From a bacterium (GTDB lineage Bacteria > Zhuqueibacterota > Zhuqueibacteria > Residuimicrobiales > Krinioviventaceae), in NCBI GenBank assembly GCA_963675755.2, contig CAXXMD010000003.1, forward strand, positions 288,001 through 352,000: DNA of 64,000 bases, in the 5' to 3' direction. Of this stretch, positions 32,993-45,677 are shown in pieces. The translations under genes were made by a program, and so were the position numbers. The number at the start of each line of letters is the position of its first letter. The stretch's first letter is position 1. The notes below the pieces were generated by a model. It was not told where the DNA came from. It saw only the letters and a list, made by a program, of their open reading frames with translations, and did not search any database.

Positions 32993-33739
32993 TTAGGCAT
33001 TAACAATACCCAAAAATGAGTCAGCTTTGAGTGCTGCACCACCGATTAAACCACCGTCAATATCGGGTTGCCCCAATAATTCTTTGGCGTTATCAGGTTT
33101 CATACTACCGCCATACTGAATGCGAATTGCATCTGCAAGTGCCTGATCATACAATTCTGCAACCAAATCACGAATCATTTTATGTACTTGTTGAGCTTGT
33201 TCAGGTGTAGCAACTTTACCGGTACCAATTGCCCATACAGGTTCGTAAGCAATTACAAGCTTGGCAGCATCTTCATTAGAAAGATCTTTGAATGCTCCGC
33301 GCACCTGTTTAGCCACAACTTTATCAGTGTTACCAGCTTCACGTTCTTCCAGTAATTCACCAACACAAACAATAGGATTCAAACCGGCTTCTAAAGCTTT
33401 TTTCACTTTTTTATTTACAGTTTCATCTGTTTCATTAAAATATTGCCGACGTTCAGAGTGTCCGATAATGACATATTGACAACCGACGGATTGCAGCATA
33501 CCTGCACAAATCTGTCCGGTAAAAGCTCCATGATTTTCCCAGTACATATCCTGAGCACCAAGACCTATAGGAGTGCCATTAATCACATTATGTACTGCAT
33601 ATAAATTTGTAAAAGGTGGACACAAAACAACATCCACATCATGGTTATCATATGCATCTTTGATCGCTTGTGCCAACTCTACCGCTTCTTCTACGGTAGT
33701 ATTCATTTTCCAGTTACCGGCAATTATTCTTTTTCTCAT
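32993..33739 (-). CDS. tpiA: Triosephosphate isomerase
   Basis: IAGNWKMN, GHSERR, AYEPVWAIGTG. Confidence 0.98.
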   Translation of the reverse strand: MRKRIIAGNWKMNTTVEEAVELAQAIKDAYDNHDVDVVLCPPFTNLYAVHNVINGTPIGLGAQDMYWENHGAFTGQICAGMLQSVGCQYVIIGHSERRQYFNETDETVNKKVKKALEAGLNPIVCVGELLEEREAGNTDKVVAKQVRGAFKDLSNEDAAKLVIAYEPVWAIGTGKVATPEQAQQVHKMIRDLVAELYDQALADAIRIQYGGSMKPDNAKELLGQPDIDGGLIGGAALKADSFLGIVNA

Positions 33740-33834
33740 AGTCCTCTTCTCATTTCACAGGACCGCATCTCTGCGATCCTGTTTATATTTCAACAATTAA
33801 AATTTCTTCAAGTTCCTGCAATATTGAAAAAATA

Positions 33835-35798
<1,964 letters not shown>

Positions 35799-35901
35799 TT
35801 ATGGTCCCTTCGTAAACTATTGTTTTTTATAAAACGACATTTATTAAAGCTATTAAATGTAAACCTGTAAAATTAAGAATAAAATAGGAAAATGTCAAGA
35901 A

Positions 35902-36651
35902 TTATCTGGCACTAATCAACTTCTCAACACGGGCAATTGATACTATATCCACTCTTTTAGCGCCATTTTGACGGAGGGTAAAAGCACATTCGTTAACTGT
36001 ACTGCCGGTTGTTACAACATCATCTACTAGCAGAATAGATTTATCTGAAATTTCCAAAGGATTCGATACAGAAAAAGCGCCAGTCAAACCATTCATTCGT
36101 TCTTGCCGGTCTTTTCTTGCCTGAGCTGTTGTATGCAAAGAACGTTTTAATCCTTTTTTCAACAATGGAATTCCACTCGACTCGCTCAGACTTTTTGCGA
36201 TCAATTCTGACTGATTATACCCACGCATTTTCTGACGACGAGGATGAAGCGGCACAGGTATCATAAAATCCCATTTCTGATCATTGGATTGAATAATTGG
36301 CAACAATTGTTTACTCCAATAATCAGCCAGGCCGGTTTCTCCCCAATATTTGAACAGATGAACAAGATGCCTTAGGTCACCCTGATAGTAAAAAGCAGAC
36401 AGGACAAGTTCAAAATGGATTTCCTGATCTTTAGGGATATCAAGATTATTATGGTCGGCGCAGGGATGTTCAAGCCTTACCAGTTGCTTGTCACACTCGT
36501 CACATACCTGTATTTTTCTATTAACTAAACGGACACCACACAACAGACAGTGTGGCGGAAAACAAAAATCCATCAACGGATCAAAAAAAGAACCGGCCGC
36601 GCCTTTAAACCTATTAAAAACACGGCCATATTTATAATTCTTGCTTGTCAT
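35902..36651 (-). CDS. comF: ComF family protein (double zinc ribbon + PRTase)
   Basis: CLLC..CDEC, PVPLH...RGYNQS, LLVDDVVTTGST. Confidence 0.9.
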   Translation of the reverse strand: MTSKNYKYGRVFNRFKGAAGSFFDPLMDFCFPPHCLLCGVRLVNRKIQVCDECDKQLVRLEHPCADHNNLDIPKDQEIHFELVLSAFYYQGDLRHLVHLFKYWGETGLADYWSKQLLPIIQSNDQKWDFMIPVPLHPRRQKMRGYNQSELIAKSLSESSGIPLLKKGLKRSLHTTAQARKDRQERMNGLTGAFSVSNPLEISDKSILLVDDVVTTGSTVNECAFTLRQNGAKRVDIVSIARVEKLISAR

Positions 36652-37985
36652 TAGAACTGATATGTAAATACCAACTTGGGTTCAATTCTTTCCTGAGGCA
36701 TATAAACTCTTGAACCAGGATCCTTTTCAACAAAGGTCCAAATATAATCCATATAAAGAATTAAATACGGTTTAATTTTATAACCCAAACCTACCCTGGC
36801 TACACTTTGATTATCAAGCGTAAACACATCTTTGACCATCTCAATACCAATTTTATCATAGGTTGCATGCGCGGCAATCCCGGGAATTGCATCAGGAGCA
36901 TCTGCGGAAAGGTGCATAATACCGCTTTCATCTATCTCATCCAAACGACTAAACATACCCAAAAGTCTTACTTTATCTCCCAAGAGGCCACCATACAGCT
37001 CGCCAAATACACCCTTTGTTTCTTCGGTAATACCAATCAACTCGTCAACTTTGTATACGCCAGAAGTTGCACCTTCAGCCACCTGGTAACGCTGAATTTC
37101 ATAAAAAGCGTCAAAGAATGAAGGAACAAACTCTTTACCCAGCCAGCGGCGTTCCAATTTTGCTGAAATATCGATTAAACCCAACAAATTTCCAAAAGAA
37201 GCCATCACACCTACTGCCTGACCATGACCAAATGTACGGGATTCCTGTTCAAAAGCACTAAATCCTGCAATTTGTGCCCAGTCATAATACAATGTTGAAT
37301 TAAAAATAGGGGTGCGGATAATTGGCAATTCCGCGTCAAAACCATAAACTGTGGTTGCATCATCAGAATCATCCTCAGTATCCGGATCAATATCCCGGGC
37401 ATATGACGCACCCAAAGCAAAATTCTTGATAATGGGGATATCTACCACACCCCGCAATGGACGAAAATACCCACGTCCGGCTATCAATTCTGCACGTCCC
37501 ACATTGCTGGTTAAGGTTTCAAATCCAAACTTTCCAAAATCAAGATCAAATGCCAAACCTATTTTACGATTATCATAAGAGGCTTCATTGGTATAATAAT
37601 TTACAATAAATCCATGCCCCAACCGTGCGGCATCCAAAGTTCCAATACGTGCATAAACTGGATCAAATTTGTGTCCCCAACGTAAATAACGGATTAGACG
37701 AAGGTAATCATAGCCTTCATCCCAGTCTTCCTTGCGAAGCTCACCCGTAGAAGTATTATATAACAGGTTTACATTCAGACCAATACCAATTTTACCAAAC
37801 GCAAGCTCGGGTCTGAAATTGATTGAAAAATAGGTTTCATCATCAATGGTTGAAATACCAACACCACCCATCAAAAGTCCACCATCCTGGCCCATATAGC
37901 CCAGTCCGCCATCCGCATATTGCGCCAAGCCGGCCCCGGCAAATAGAAACAGAACCAATATTAAAACAGCAACCATTTTCTTCAT
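36651..37985 (-). CDS. Putative outer-membrane beta-barrel protein
   Basis: Signal peptide, amphipathic strands, C-terminal VFTYQF. Confidence 0.65.
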   Translation of the reverse strand: MKKMVAVLILVLFLFAGAGLAQYADGGLGYMGQDGGLLMGGVGISTIDDETYFSINFRPELAFGKIGIGLNVNLLYNTSTGELRKEDWDEGYDYLRLIRYLRWGHKFDPVYARIGTLDAARLGHGFIVNYYTNEASYDNRKIGLAFDLDFGKFGFETLTSNVGRAELIAGRGYFRPLRGVVDIPIIKNFALGASYARDIDPDTEDDSDDATTVYGFDAELPIIRTPIFNSTLYYDWAQIAGFSAFEQESRTFGHGQAVGVMASFGNLLGLIDISAKLERRWLGKEFVPSFFDAFYEIQRYQVAEGATSGVYKVDELIGITEETKGVFGELYGGLLGDKVRLLGMFSRLDEIDESGIMHLSADAPDAIPGIAAHATYDKIGIEMVKDVFTLDNQSVARVGLGYKIKPYLILYMDYIWTFVEKDPGSRVYMPQERIEPKLVFTYQF

Positions 37986-38092
37986 GATTATCTCCTTGCA
38001 ATAGTCAATACAATAATACCGTATCTCTATTTACGGTTTTTGTCTCTGTTTTTATGTGTTCAACATCACAATTTATTGCAGATATTTAAACA

Positions 38093-39124
38093 TTACCACA
38101 AATCATCCATACCCGGGGGGATATCAAAGTGGGTTGCCCACTGAAAGTGGCCATGCCCTCCCGAAGAAACAGCCTTGTCTAATAATAACAAGCGTTTATG
38201 TTCCAATTCTTCTGTGGCTAAAAATTCAAACATTTCTTTAACTTTGGGACTTTTTGATTTTAACGCAGCATTTCGGTAAAAATCATATGCTTTTTGTTCC
38301 GCGTTAATTGCAAGAGCAATTGCATCATCTGCAGAGATTCCTGCATCCACTTTATGCTTGCCAATTTCAGTATTACTAATATTTATTACCGGTTCTTTGC
38401 CCCCGGACAATTTTTTAAACAACTCAGACAACTGTTCAAAATGCTCAACTTCAACGGTAGCCAAATAGCTGAATTTATTCTTTAACTTTTCACTGCCCAT
38501 CTGACTGCTAACACCCAGATAAAACTCTTGTGCACCCTTTTCTCTGCTGATTGCCAGCTCAAGCGCTTTTAAAACATCCAGTTCAGCCTCTTCTTTTTCA
38601 AGAAATCCTGTATGCAGGGCCTTAAAGATAGCCTCATTAAAAGCACTCAGGTCGTCAGGAGTACGGGATGTTACAAGCTGTCCATCAACACACACAGGTT
38701 GATCAACATATTTGGCGCCTACATTAATCACATCATCACGAATTCCAACATAACAGGTCAACGTTACACCCTTTAAAACACCGGCAGATATCAGCACTTG
38801 CGGACCATGACAAATTGCTGCAACAGGTCTGCCGCTCTGCCAAAACGCTTTCACAAATTCAAGAGCTGTCTCATCTATCCTGATGCGCTCAGGCGCGCCT
38901 CCACCCGGAATGATCAAACCATCATAATCTTCAGGCTTTACCTCTGATATCACCTTGTCTGGCTTTAATGAAAACTCGCCATATTTCCCTGTTACTTCTG
39001 AGGAATCCAATCCAACCAAATCAACAGTTGCATTTTTTTCTCGTAGACAGTCTCGGGGAGATGTTGTTTCTTCCTCGTGGAACTTTTGAGCGATTAGAAT
39101 AGCAATCTTTTTATTTGTTAACAT
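38093..39124 (-). CDS. DJ-1/PfpI protein fused to a rubrerythrin/ferritin-like domain
   Basis: IIPGG, AICHGP, LVTSR; C-terminal paired E...ExxH diiron motifs. Confidence 0.85.
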   Translation of the reverse strand: MLTNKKIAILIAQKFHEEETTSPRDCLREKNATVDLVGLDSSEVTGKYGEFSLKPDKVISEVKPEDYDGLIIPGGGAPERIRIDETALEFVKAFWQSGRPVAAICHGPQVLISAGVLKGVTLTCYVGIRDDVINVGAKYVDQPVCVDGQLVTSRTPDDLSAFNEAIFKALHTGFLEKEEAELDVLKALELAISREKGAQEFYLGVSSQMGSEKLKNKFSYLATVEVEHFEQLSELFKKLSGGKEPVINISNTEIGKHKVDAGISADDAIALAINAEQKAYDFYRNAALKSKSPKVKEMFEFLATEELEHKRLLLLDKAVSSGGHGHFQWATHFDIPPGMDDLW

Positions 39125-39145
39125 AGGCCCCTCTTGACAAAGAGT

Positions 39146-39886
39146 TTATAGTTTACCGTTCAATAACAAGTTCAATTCATCGCGCAAAATTGCAGCGTGT
39201 TCATAATCTTCACGCTCTATTGCCTTTTCAAGTTCTTTATTTAATTTTTCAACCGGGGACAAGGGCTTCATTTCTTGAATCTCCTCGGCCCATTGTTTCA
39301 AATAATCCAACTCAAATTTTTCAGATGTAGCATGATCAGGATAGTTTTTATAAAATTTTTCAATATCTACAATACCTTCATCAATCTGAACAAGCGCTTG
39401 TTCGTATTCAGAATTGTTAATTTGCATTGAAGCGACAGCGCGTGTATACATCATGATCACATAGGGTCGGTATTGCTGAAATGTCCAAACAATCTCTACA
39501 CTGTCTGAATATTTTTCCACAAAATCAAACACTCTCAAGTTTCGTTTTGTATCACGCGCGACTCTTTCAAAATCTTCCAACTTCATTAATGCCAGGTATC
39601 GATGATAATACTGTATAGATTCCTGTTGTAGTTTCAGGCATTCGGTTGGTGTTAAAATAAACGACTCGTCAGGACTTTTTTCGCTTTTAGCAATATAGTA
39701 ATCAAGATACGATTCCTGCCGCGCCGGACGTTTCCCATCCGGCCTTCCATCGAGTTCCATTTGCAAAATCCCCAAATCCAGACGCATCTGTAATTTGGAT
39801 CCACCATCCTCACCCTCGATAATACGGACATTTAAATCGTCTGTTGTATACTTCCAACGTTTTAAAATGGGTCCAATATCATCCAT
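39146..39886 (-). CDS. UvrB/UvrC motif-containing protein
   Basis: QMRLDLGILQME..GRPDG.RP; C-terminal AIEREDYEHAAILRD. Confidence 0.8.
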   Translation of the reverse strand: MDDIGPILKRWKYTTDDLNVRIIEGEDGGSKLQMRLDLGILQMELDGRPDGKRPARQESYLDYYIAKSEKSPDESFILTPTECLKLQQESIQYYHRYLALMKLEDFERVARDTKRNLRVFDFVEKYSDSVEIVWTFQQYRPYVIMMYTRAVASMQINNSEYEQALVQIDEGIVDIEKFYKNYPDHATSEKFELDYLKQWAEEIQEMKPLSPVEKLNKELEKAIEREDYEHAAILRDELNLLLNGKL

Positions 39887-39940
39887 AACACTACTCCAAT
39901 ATATATACGCTTAACAAAGCTTTATACTATACAACATATT

Positions 39941-40714
39941 TCATTTAAAATAATTCACCGCATTTTCGAACAAAATCAAGCCATCGCCCTGTTCTGCCAT
40001 ACCCAACCGGGTCCATTGAGGATGCTGACTTGGCTCAATATGCCGCTCAGGGTGCGGCATTAAACCCAAAACACGGCCAGCTGGGTCACATATTCCAGCA
40101 ATATTCGCAACAGAACCATTGGGATTCATAGGATATTTGACTTCACCGCCATTGGGAGCTGCATATTGAAAGACAACTTGCTTGTTCTTGACGAGTTCGT
40201 TCAGGGTTTCGTCACTGTCCGGTACAAATTTGCCTTCAGCATGAGCAACCGGGAAATACACCTTGTTTGGCATATTTTGTGTAAACACACAAGGTCCGTC
40301 ATTTACATCCAGATGGACCCACCTGTCTTCAAACTTGCCGGAATCATTGTCTGTCAGGGTTACTTTTTGCTGTGCGGTAAGCTCAACTACCGGTAGCAGC
40401 CCTGCTTTTACCAGGACTTGAAAGCCATTACAAATACCAATGATCAATTTGTCATCATTATAAAATTGCTGCAATACTTGCTGCAGTTTATATTTCAATT
40501 GATTAGCCAGCACCTTTCCCGCCGAAATGTCATCGCCATAAGTAAAGCCGCCGGGAATAGCCAGGATCTGATAATCTTCTAGTTTTACAGAGCCTTCTAG
40601 CAGACGGTTAACATGTACCAGATCTGCTTTAGCACCTGCCGTTTCAAATGCGAACTGGGTTTCCTGATCACAATTAGAGCCTGCCGCACGTAATACAATC
40701 ACACGAGGATTCAT
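39941..40714 (-). CDS. purQ: Phosphoribosylformylglycinamidine synthase subunit PurQ
   Basis: GSNCD, PGGFTYGD, GICNGFQ, GLMPHPER. Confidence 0.95.
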   Translation of the reverse strand: MNPRVIVLRAAGSNCDQETQFAFETAGAKADLVHVNRLLEGSVKLEDYQILAIPGGFTYGDDISAGKVLANQLKYKLQQVLQQFYNDDKLIIGICNGFQVLVKAGLLPVVELTAQQKVTLTDNDSGKFEDRWVHLDVNDGPCVFTQNMPNKVYFPVAHAEGKFVPDSDETLNELVKNKQVVFQYAAPNGGEVKYPMNPNGSVANIAGICDPAGRVLGLMPHPERHIEPSQHPQWTRLGMAEQGDGLILFENAVNYFK

Positions 40715-40715
40715 T

Positions 40716-43577
40716 TTACCACCTAAGTGTTTGTTGCCACGATTCTTTTAAATCTGCTATATTTTTATGGACCATTTCCTGGCCATCACTATTTTTAATT
40801 AAAAGCGCAGTTCCTTCAGTTACTTTTCCTATAACTGCGAAAGCATTGTCAGCCATCATTTTTTCAAAAGCCTGCTGATTTTCGGGCTTGACTTCAACAA
40901 TAAACCGGCTGTTTGATTCAGAGAACAAAATCACATCGTCTCTCAGAGCTTCTGTCACAGGAACATCCGCAAGAGATACCTCTGCACCCAGACCACCGGC
41001 AAAGGCCATTTCAGCAAGCGCAACTGCAATTCCACCTTCTGAACAGTCATGGCATGCTCGTACCAGACCAGCATCTGTAGCAGATGCCATAGCTTTAAAA
41101 ATTGCTTTTGCCTTTACAGCATCCACCTGAGGAACATTGGGACTTGTTTCGCCTATCACTTGCAGGTAATGCGAACCACCCAATTCGTTATATGTGGTAC
41201 CTACGGCATACAACAGGTTACCGTTTTCTTTCAGGTCCATACTAACAGCTTTGGCTGCATCCGGCATCACTGCAATTGCTGAGATCAGCAGTGTGGGGGG
41301 TATTGCAATACTTTCACCGGTTTCGGTCTGGAATTCGTTATTCAAGCTGTCTTTACCCGAAATAAATGGAGTTTCAAAGACTTTGGCCATATCATAACAA
41401 GCTTGTGCTGCTCGTACCAATCCGCCTAAACGGTCAGGTTTATCGGTATTGCCCCAACAAAAGTTATCCAGAATAGCTGCCTGTTCAAGACTTCCGCCAA
41501 CAGCCACAATATTACGCAAAGCTTCATCTATTGATGATGCCGCCATCCAGTATGGATCAATTAAACCATAGTTGGGATTCAATCCGTTAGACAAGATAAC
41601 CGCCTTGTTTGAATCCAAACGCGGACGGGTAATACTTGCATCTCCGGGGCCGTCGTTCTCAACACCTACCAGCGGTTTGATTACACTGCCGCCCTGTACT
41701 TCGTGGTCGTATTGACGAATAACCCACTCTTTACTGCACACATTAGGCGCAGCAAGGATCTTTTGCAAAATATCACCGGCATCTTGAGGAACATCAAATT
41801 GTGATTCCTTAATATCCTCCGGTTTCCATTCTGCTTTACGGACAGTTTTGGGCAGCCCTTTATGCAAAAAGTGCATATCCAGTTCGCCTACTACTGTTCC
41901 ATTGTATTTTAATCTGATTTTTTTATCATTTGTGGTGCGGCCAATAACAGTGGCTTCCACATCTTCGCTTTCAAAAACATCCAACGCTTCCTGTAATTTC
42001 TCTGGCGGACAGAAAATTACCATCCTTTCCTGCGCTTCGGAAATCCAGATTTCCATATAGGTGAGACCATGGTATTTCAAAGGTACTTTTTCCAAATCTA
42101 TTTCCGCACCCGTCGTTTCTGCAAGCTCTCCAATAGCTGAAGACAATCCACCGGCACCACAGTCAGTAATAGCACGATATAATCCCTTGTCCCTGGCATC
42201 AAGCAGGGTATCGACCAGTTTCTTTTCGATAATTGGGTTACCTATCTGTACCGCACCGCTCCAGGTTCCTTCACTCTCGGTATGCAATTCTCCTGAAGAA
42301 GCGGTTGCACCGTGGATACCATCACGACCTGTTCGGCCGCCAACGACAACAACATAGTCTCCCGGTACAATAGTTTTTACACATTTATCAACCGGCATAA
42401 TGCCCACATTACCGCAATATACAAGTGGATTGCCAAGATAACGTTCGTCAAAAAAGATCGAACCATTGGTTGTGGGTATACCCATACGGTTACCATAGTC
42501 GCGCACACCGGATACAACGCCCTGCATAACCCGTTTGGGATGCAAAACGCCCTTGGGCAAGTCACTATGTTTCATATCCACAGGACCAAAACAGAAAATA
42601 TCCGTATTGATTACTGGTTTTGCGCCTAATCCGGTTCCCATAGGATCACGAATCACCCCGCCAATACCGGTATTTGCACCGCCATAAGGCTCCATTGCAG
42701 AGGGGTGGTTATGGGTTTCTACTTTGAAACAAATGTTATATTCATCATCAAACTTTATAACACCAGCATTATCTTCAAATACGGAAACACACCAGTCTTT
42801 ATTTAGCTCACTGGTGGCTTTAAATATGGTACTTTTCAGTACATTGTCAATAACCTCACCATTAAATTCCACAAAACCGGTCAATGTTTTGTGACTGCAA
42901 TGCTCTGACCAGGTTTGTGCAAGCATTTCAAGCTCTATATCGGTGGGTTCACGATCCAAACCTTTATAATGATCACGGATCGTCTTCATTTCTTCAAGAT
43001 TTAAAAACAAATCACGATCTTTGCTGATCTTTTGCAACTCTGCATCACTTGCATTCAACAAAGGTACAGTAATTTGTTCAAATTGGTCATGCATGATGGG
43101 GAAAAATATAGTCTCATTGGGCTCTAAAACATGTTCAATTACCTTGTTCATGAGCAGTTTTTCTACAATAATCTGTTTTTCCGCATCACTGAGATGCCCA
43201 ACAATATCATATCGTCTTGAGGTCTTTGCTTCGGTAACCGAGTCAATACCCAGATCATGAATACCTTTTAACGCAGTGGCTGCCACCATATCGGTAACAC
43301 CGCGGTTAAAGGTGACTTCAACAGACCAGTGATCTTTAGCGCCGACCCGGTCAATGGATTCGTCTATGCTATAATCCTGAGTGACCTTGTCTGCAAGCAA
43401 ATGTTCAGCAATATGTTTCTTTTCATCATCGATTATATCACCAAGCAGATAGGTAATATTGAACGCATAAACCTTTTCGATGGAATGGATGTCCAAATCT
43501 TTGGCCCCGCTCAGCACATGTTGTGCTGCCATATCGTTAAACTCGGGTTTTATTGCCAATTCAATTCGAGTAATCAA
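40716..43577 (-). CDS. purL: FGAM synthase PurL with N-terminal tandem PurS-like domains
   Basis: QTWSEHCSHK, KVETHNHPSA, GRDGIHGA, ISGKDS; ~160-aa N-terminal extension resembling two PurS repeats. Confidence 0.93.
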   Translation of the reverse strand: MITRIELAIKPEFNDMAAQHVLSGAKDLDIHSIEKVYAFNITYLLGDIIDDEKKHIAEHLLADKVTQDYSIDESIDRVGAKDHWSVEVTFNRGVTDMVAATALKGIHDLGIDSVTEAKTSRRYDIVGHLSDAEKQIIVEKLLMNKVIEHVLEPNETIFFPIMHDQFEQITVPLLNASDAELQKISKDRDLFLNLEEMKTIRDHYKGLDREPTDIELEMLAQTWSEHCSHKTLTGFVEFNGEVIDNVLKSTIFKATSELNKDWCVSVFEDNAGVIKFDDEYNICFKVETHNHPSAMEPYGGANTGIGGVIRDPMGTGLGAKPVINTDIFCFGPVDMKHSDLPKGVLHPKRVMQGVVSGVRDYGNRMGIPTTNGSIFFDERYLGNPLVYCGNVGIMPVDKCVKTIVPGDYVVVVGGRTGRDGIHGATASSGELHTESEGTWSGAVQIGNPIIEKKLVDTLLDARDKGLYRAITDCGAGGLSSAIGELAETTGAEIDLEKVPLKYHGLTYMEIWISEAQERMVIFCPPEKLQEALDVFESEDVEATVIGRTTNDKKIRLKYNGTVVGELDMHFLHKGLPKTVRKAEWKPEDIKESQFDVPQDAGDILQKILAAPNVCSKEWVIRQYDHEVQGGSVIKPLVGVENDGPGDASITRPRLDSNKAVILSNGLNPNYGLIDPYWMAASSIDEALRNIVAVGGSLEQAAILDNFCWGNTDKPDRLGGLVRAAQACYDMAKVFETPFISGKDSLNNEFQTETGESIAIPPTLLISAIAVMPDAAKAVSMDLKENGNLLYAVGTTYNELGGSHYLQVIGETSPNVPQVDAVKAKAIFKAMASATDAGLVRACHDCSEGGIAVALAEMAFAGGLGAEVSLADVPVTEALRDDVILFSESNSRFIVEVKPENQQAFEKMMADNAFAVIGKVTEGTALLIKNSDGQEMVHKNIADLKESWQQTLRW

Positions 43578-43694
43578 AACCTTTATCCTTCTTTTCAGTT
43601 AACAGTTTACACATGTTAATTATATTTAAAAGTAAAATCAAGTAAAGTCTAAATTATTTTTAGAAATCTATATTTGCTGCCACTATTATCCACA

Positions 43695-45677
43695 TCAATC
43701 GAAAAACATCCAATTAAAGCCCCATCTGAATTCAGATTGAGGCATGGGATATGAAAAAACACGCTGGTATTCAGCGTCAAGCGGATTATGATATGAGAAA
43801 AAGAACGTCATGGTTCTGACTTTCATAATTACATGCACATAAGGAACGATAATCGGATCAGTTATCCAGGTTGACAGAGGATATTGAGCATAATAATAAA
43901 CAGGAGTATACATTTCACCTAACAACGTTCCTCCCAGCCGCAGGGTCAGATCCATATCTTTTTGAAAAAATATATTATGATATTGCACATACCCCTTACC
44001 ATAACCGGCGGGATAGTTGGTAATATCAAAATACGGATCATCGGCGCTTGCCCACAAGTATTTGCCTTTGGCATGCGCAGAGAGACCATACTTCCAATCC
44101 AGGCTGAGGGCCGCGTCTATGGAATATCGATTGTGATTGATCTGATTCATGGCAAAAGCAGTGTCTTCATCGGCATATACAGCACACTGGTTCTGTATAT
44201 CCATGGTCGATGCAGAGAGATATGCAGAAATTCCCCGCCAGGAATATTCAACACCGGCAGCGGTTTGCTGTAACTCTGTGGGATTCAATCCTGAATTACT
44301 GACATAAAATGGACTGGTAGAAAATAAATATGCCAAAGAGGGTGATCTTACCATCTTGTTTGACCAGGCAAAGCCGGTTAAATTTGCCACAGGTCGCCAT
44401 GTAACAGAAACCTCTGGCAGTACATAATCTTTGCCGATTGCATCCAAATAACTGCTGCGTAATCCTGCGGAAGCCGTTATGGATTCACGATTCAACGCCA
44501 CCTGCACCCAACTGTCTGTTCGTGCACGTTTATGGTATCCCCAGTTCTGGATATGCAATTCTTTTAAAGAGTACAAGAAACCTGTTTGCAGTTCAACACC
44601 CATTAACTTTTTACGTAATTGGCCCGAAAAACGATAATTCTCAACCTCCCGGCTGGAATAATAGGTATAATCACCATAATCCATTTCATAATAATCATTA
44701 CGGTATTTGGTGTATTGAAACGTAGACGTAAAAAGTCTTCCATATCGCAAGGCAAGGCCATGATCACTGCGCTTTATTGTTTCGTGAGGGCTGCTTAATT
44801 CCGAATCCTCAATATACTGAGTTACCGGCACATCCAGTTCGGATTTGTTTTGCAAATATATATAATCCATTTCAAATTTTTGAAAGAGCTTGCGATGGAC
44901 CTCCAGGTTGATCTTTTGTCCATCATACCGGTTATAATTCAGCAGACCAACATATTGCTTTAAAATACCGCCCATATTGATTGTCATTTTGGGGTTCGCC
45001 CAAATTCCCAGGCGCACATCCACATCAGAATAACTGGAATTGCCGGTACGATAGGTAACTGTTGATCGCGGCGGTAACGCGGAAATGTCCAAAGGAGACA
45101 CTTGCAATGTTTGTCCCAAATCAGTATAGCCCTGGTCCCGCTGTGCGTGACTCGTAACATGCTCGACAGATCCCACACCTTCCACAGGTACCCAGTTCAT
45201 ATCAGCAAGGCCTGTGTACGGATCGTTCAAATTCAGAAAGCCATACATGAGATCAAACTCGCCCGGTATCCCGGCAAACATGGCTCCCCTTGAATGGTTG
45301 CCCACATTGCCCAGATCGGCATTATAGGTTCCGGGCATCCAGTCGAACACATCACCAAAAGAACCATAATCCAGCCCACGGTACAACAAGGTGTCAGCAA
45401 CATGTGCCCGCACAACCGGAATATCTACCGGTAACTGACTACTGTCAATCTCTACTGGTTTGTGTGCGGCCAGTGTATCCAGCCGGCTGCTGTCAGGGAC
45501 TACTGCATCTCCCATCAATGTATCGGCTGCAACAGAATCGGGAAGCACATCCATTAATGCTTCTGCAGCAGATATAGTATCCGGCACAACACTAACAGTT
45601 GAATCCTGTTCAATAGCAAACAACTGACTGGTTAAGGCCAGCGATATGAATAAATATATGTATGAAATTTTCTTCAT
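43695..45677 (-). CDS. Putative porin / TonB-dependent-receptor-like outer membrane protein
   Basis: Signal peptide, plug-like region, beta-barrel, C-terminal FRWGFNWMFFD. Confidence 0.65.
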   Translation of the reverse strand: MKKISYIYLFISLALTSQLFAIEQDSTVSVVPDTISAAEALMDVLPDSVAADTLMGDAVVPDSSRLDTLAAHKPVEIDSSQLPVDIPVVRAHVADTLLYRGLDYGSFGDVFDWMPGTYNADLGNVGNHSRGAMFAGIPGEFDLMYGFLNLNDPYTGLADMNWVPVEGVGSVEHVTSHAQRDQGYTDLGQTLQVSPLDISALPPRSTVTYRTGNSSYSDVDVRLGIWANPKMTINMGGILKQYVGLLNYNRYDGQKINLEVHRKLFQKFEMDYIYLQNKSELDVPVTQYIEDSELSSPHETIKRSDHGLALRYGRLFTSTFQYTKYRNDYYEMDYGDYTYYSSREVENYRFSGQLRKKLMGVELQTGFLYSLKELHIQNWGYHKRARTDSWVQVALNRESITASAGLRSSYLDAIGKDYVLPEVSVTWRPVANLTGFAWSNKMVRSPSLAYLFSTSPFYVSNSGLNPTELQQTAAGVEYSWRGISAYLSASTMDIQNQCAVYADEDTAFAMNQINHNRYSIDAALSLDWKYGLSAHAKGKYLWASADDPYFDITNYPAGYGKGYVQYHNIFFQKDMDLTLRLGGTLLGEMYTPVYYYAQYPLSTWITDPIIVPYVHVIMKVRTMTFFFSYHNPLDAEYQRVFSYPMPQSEFRWGFNWMFFD

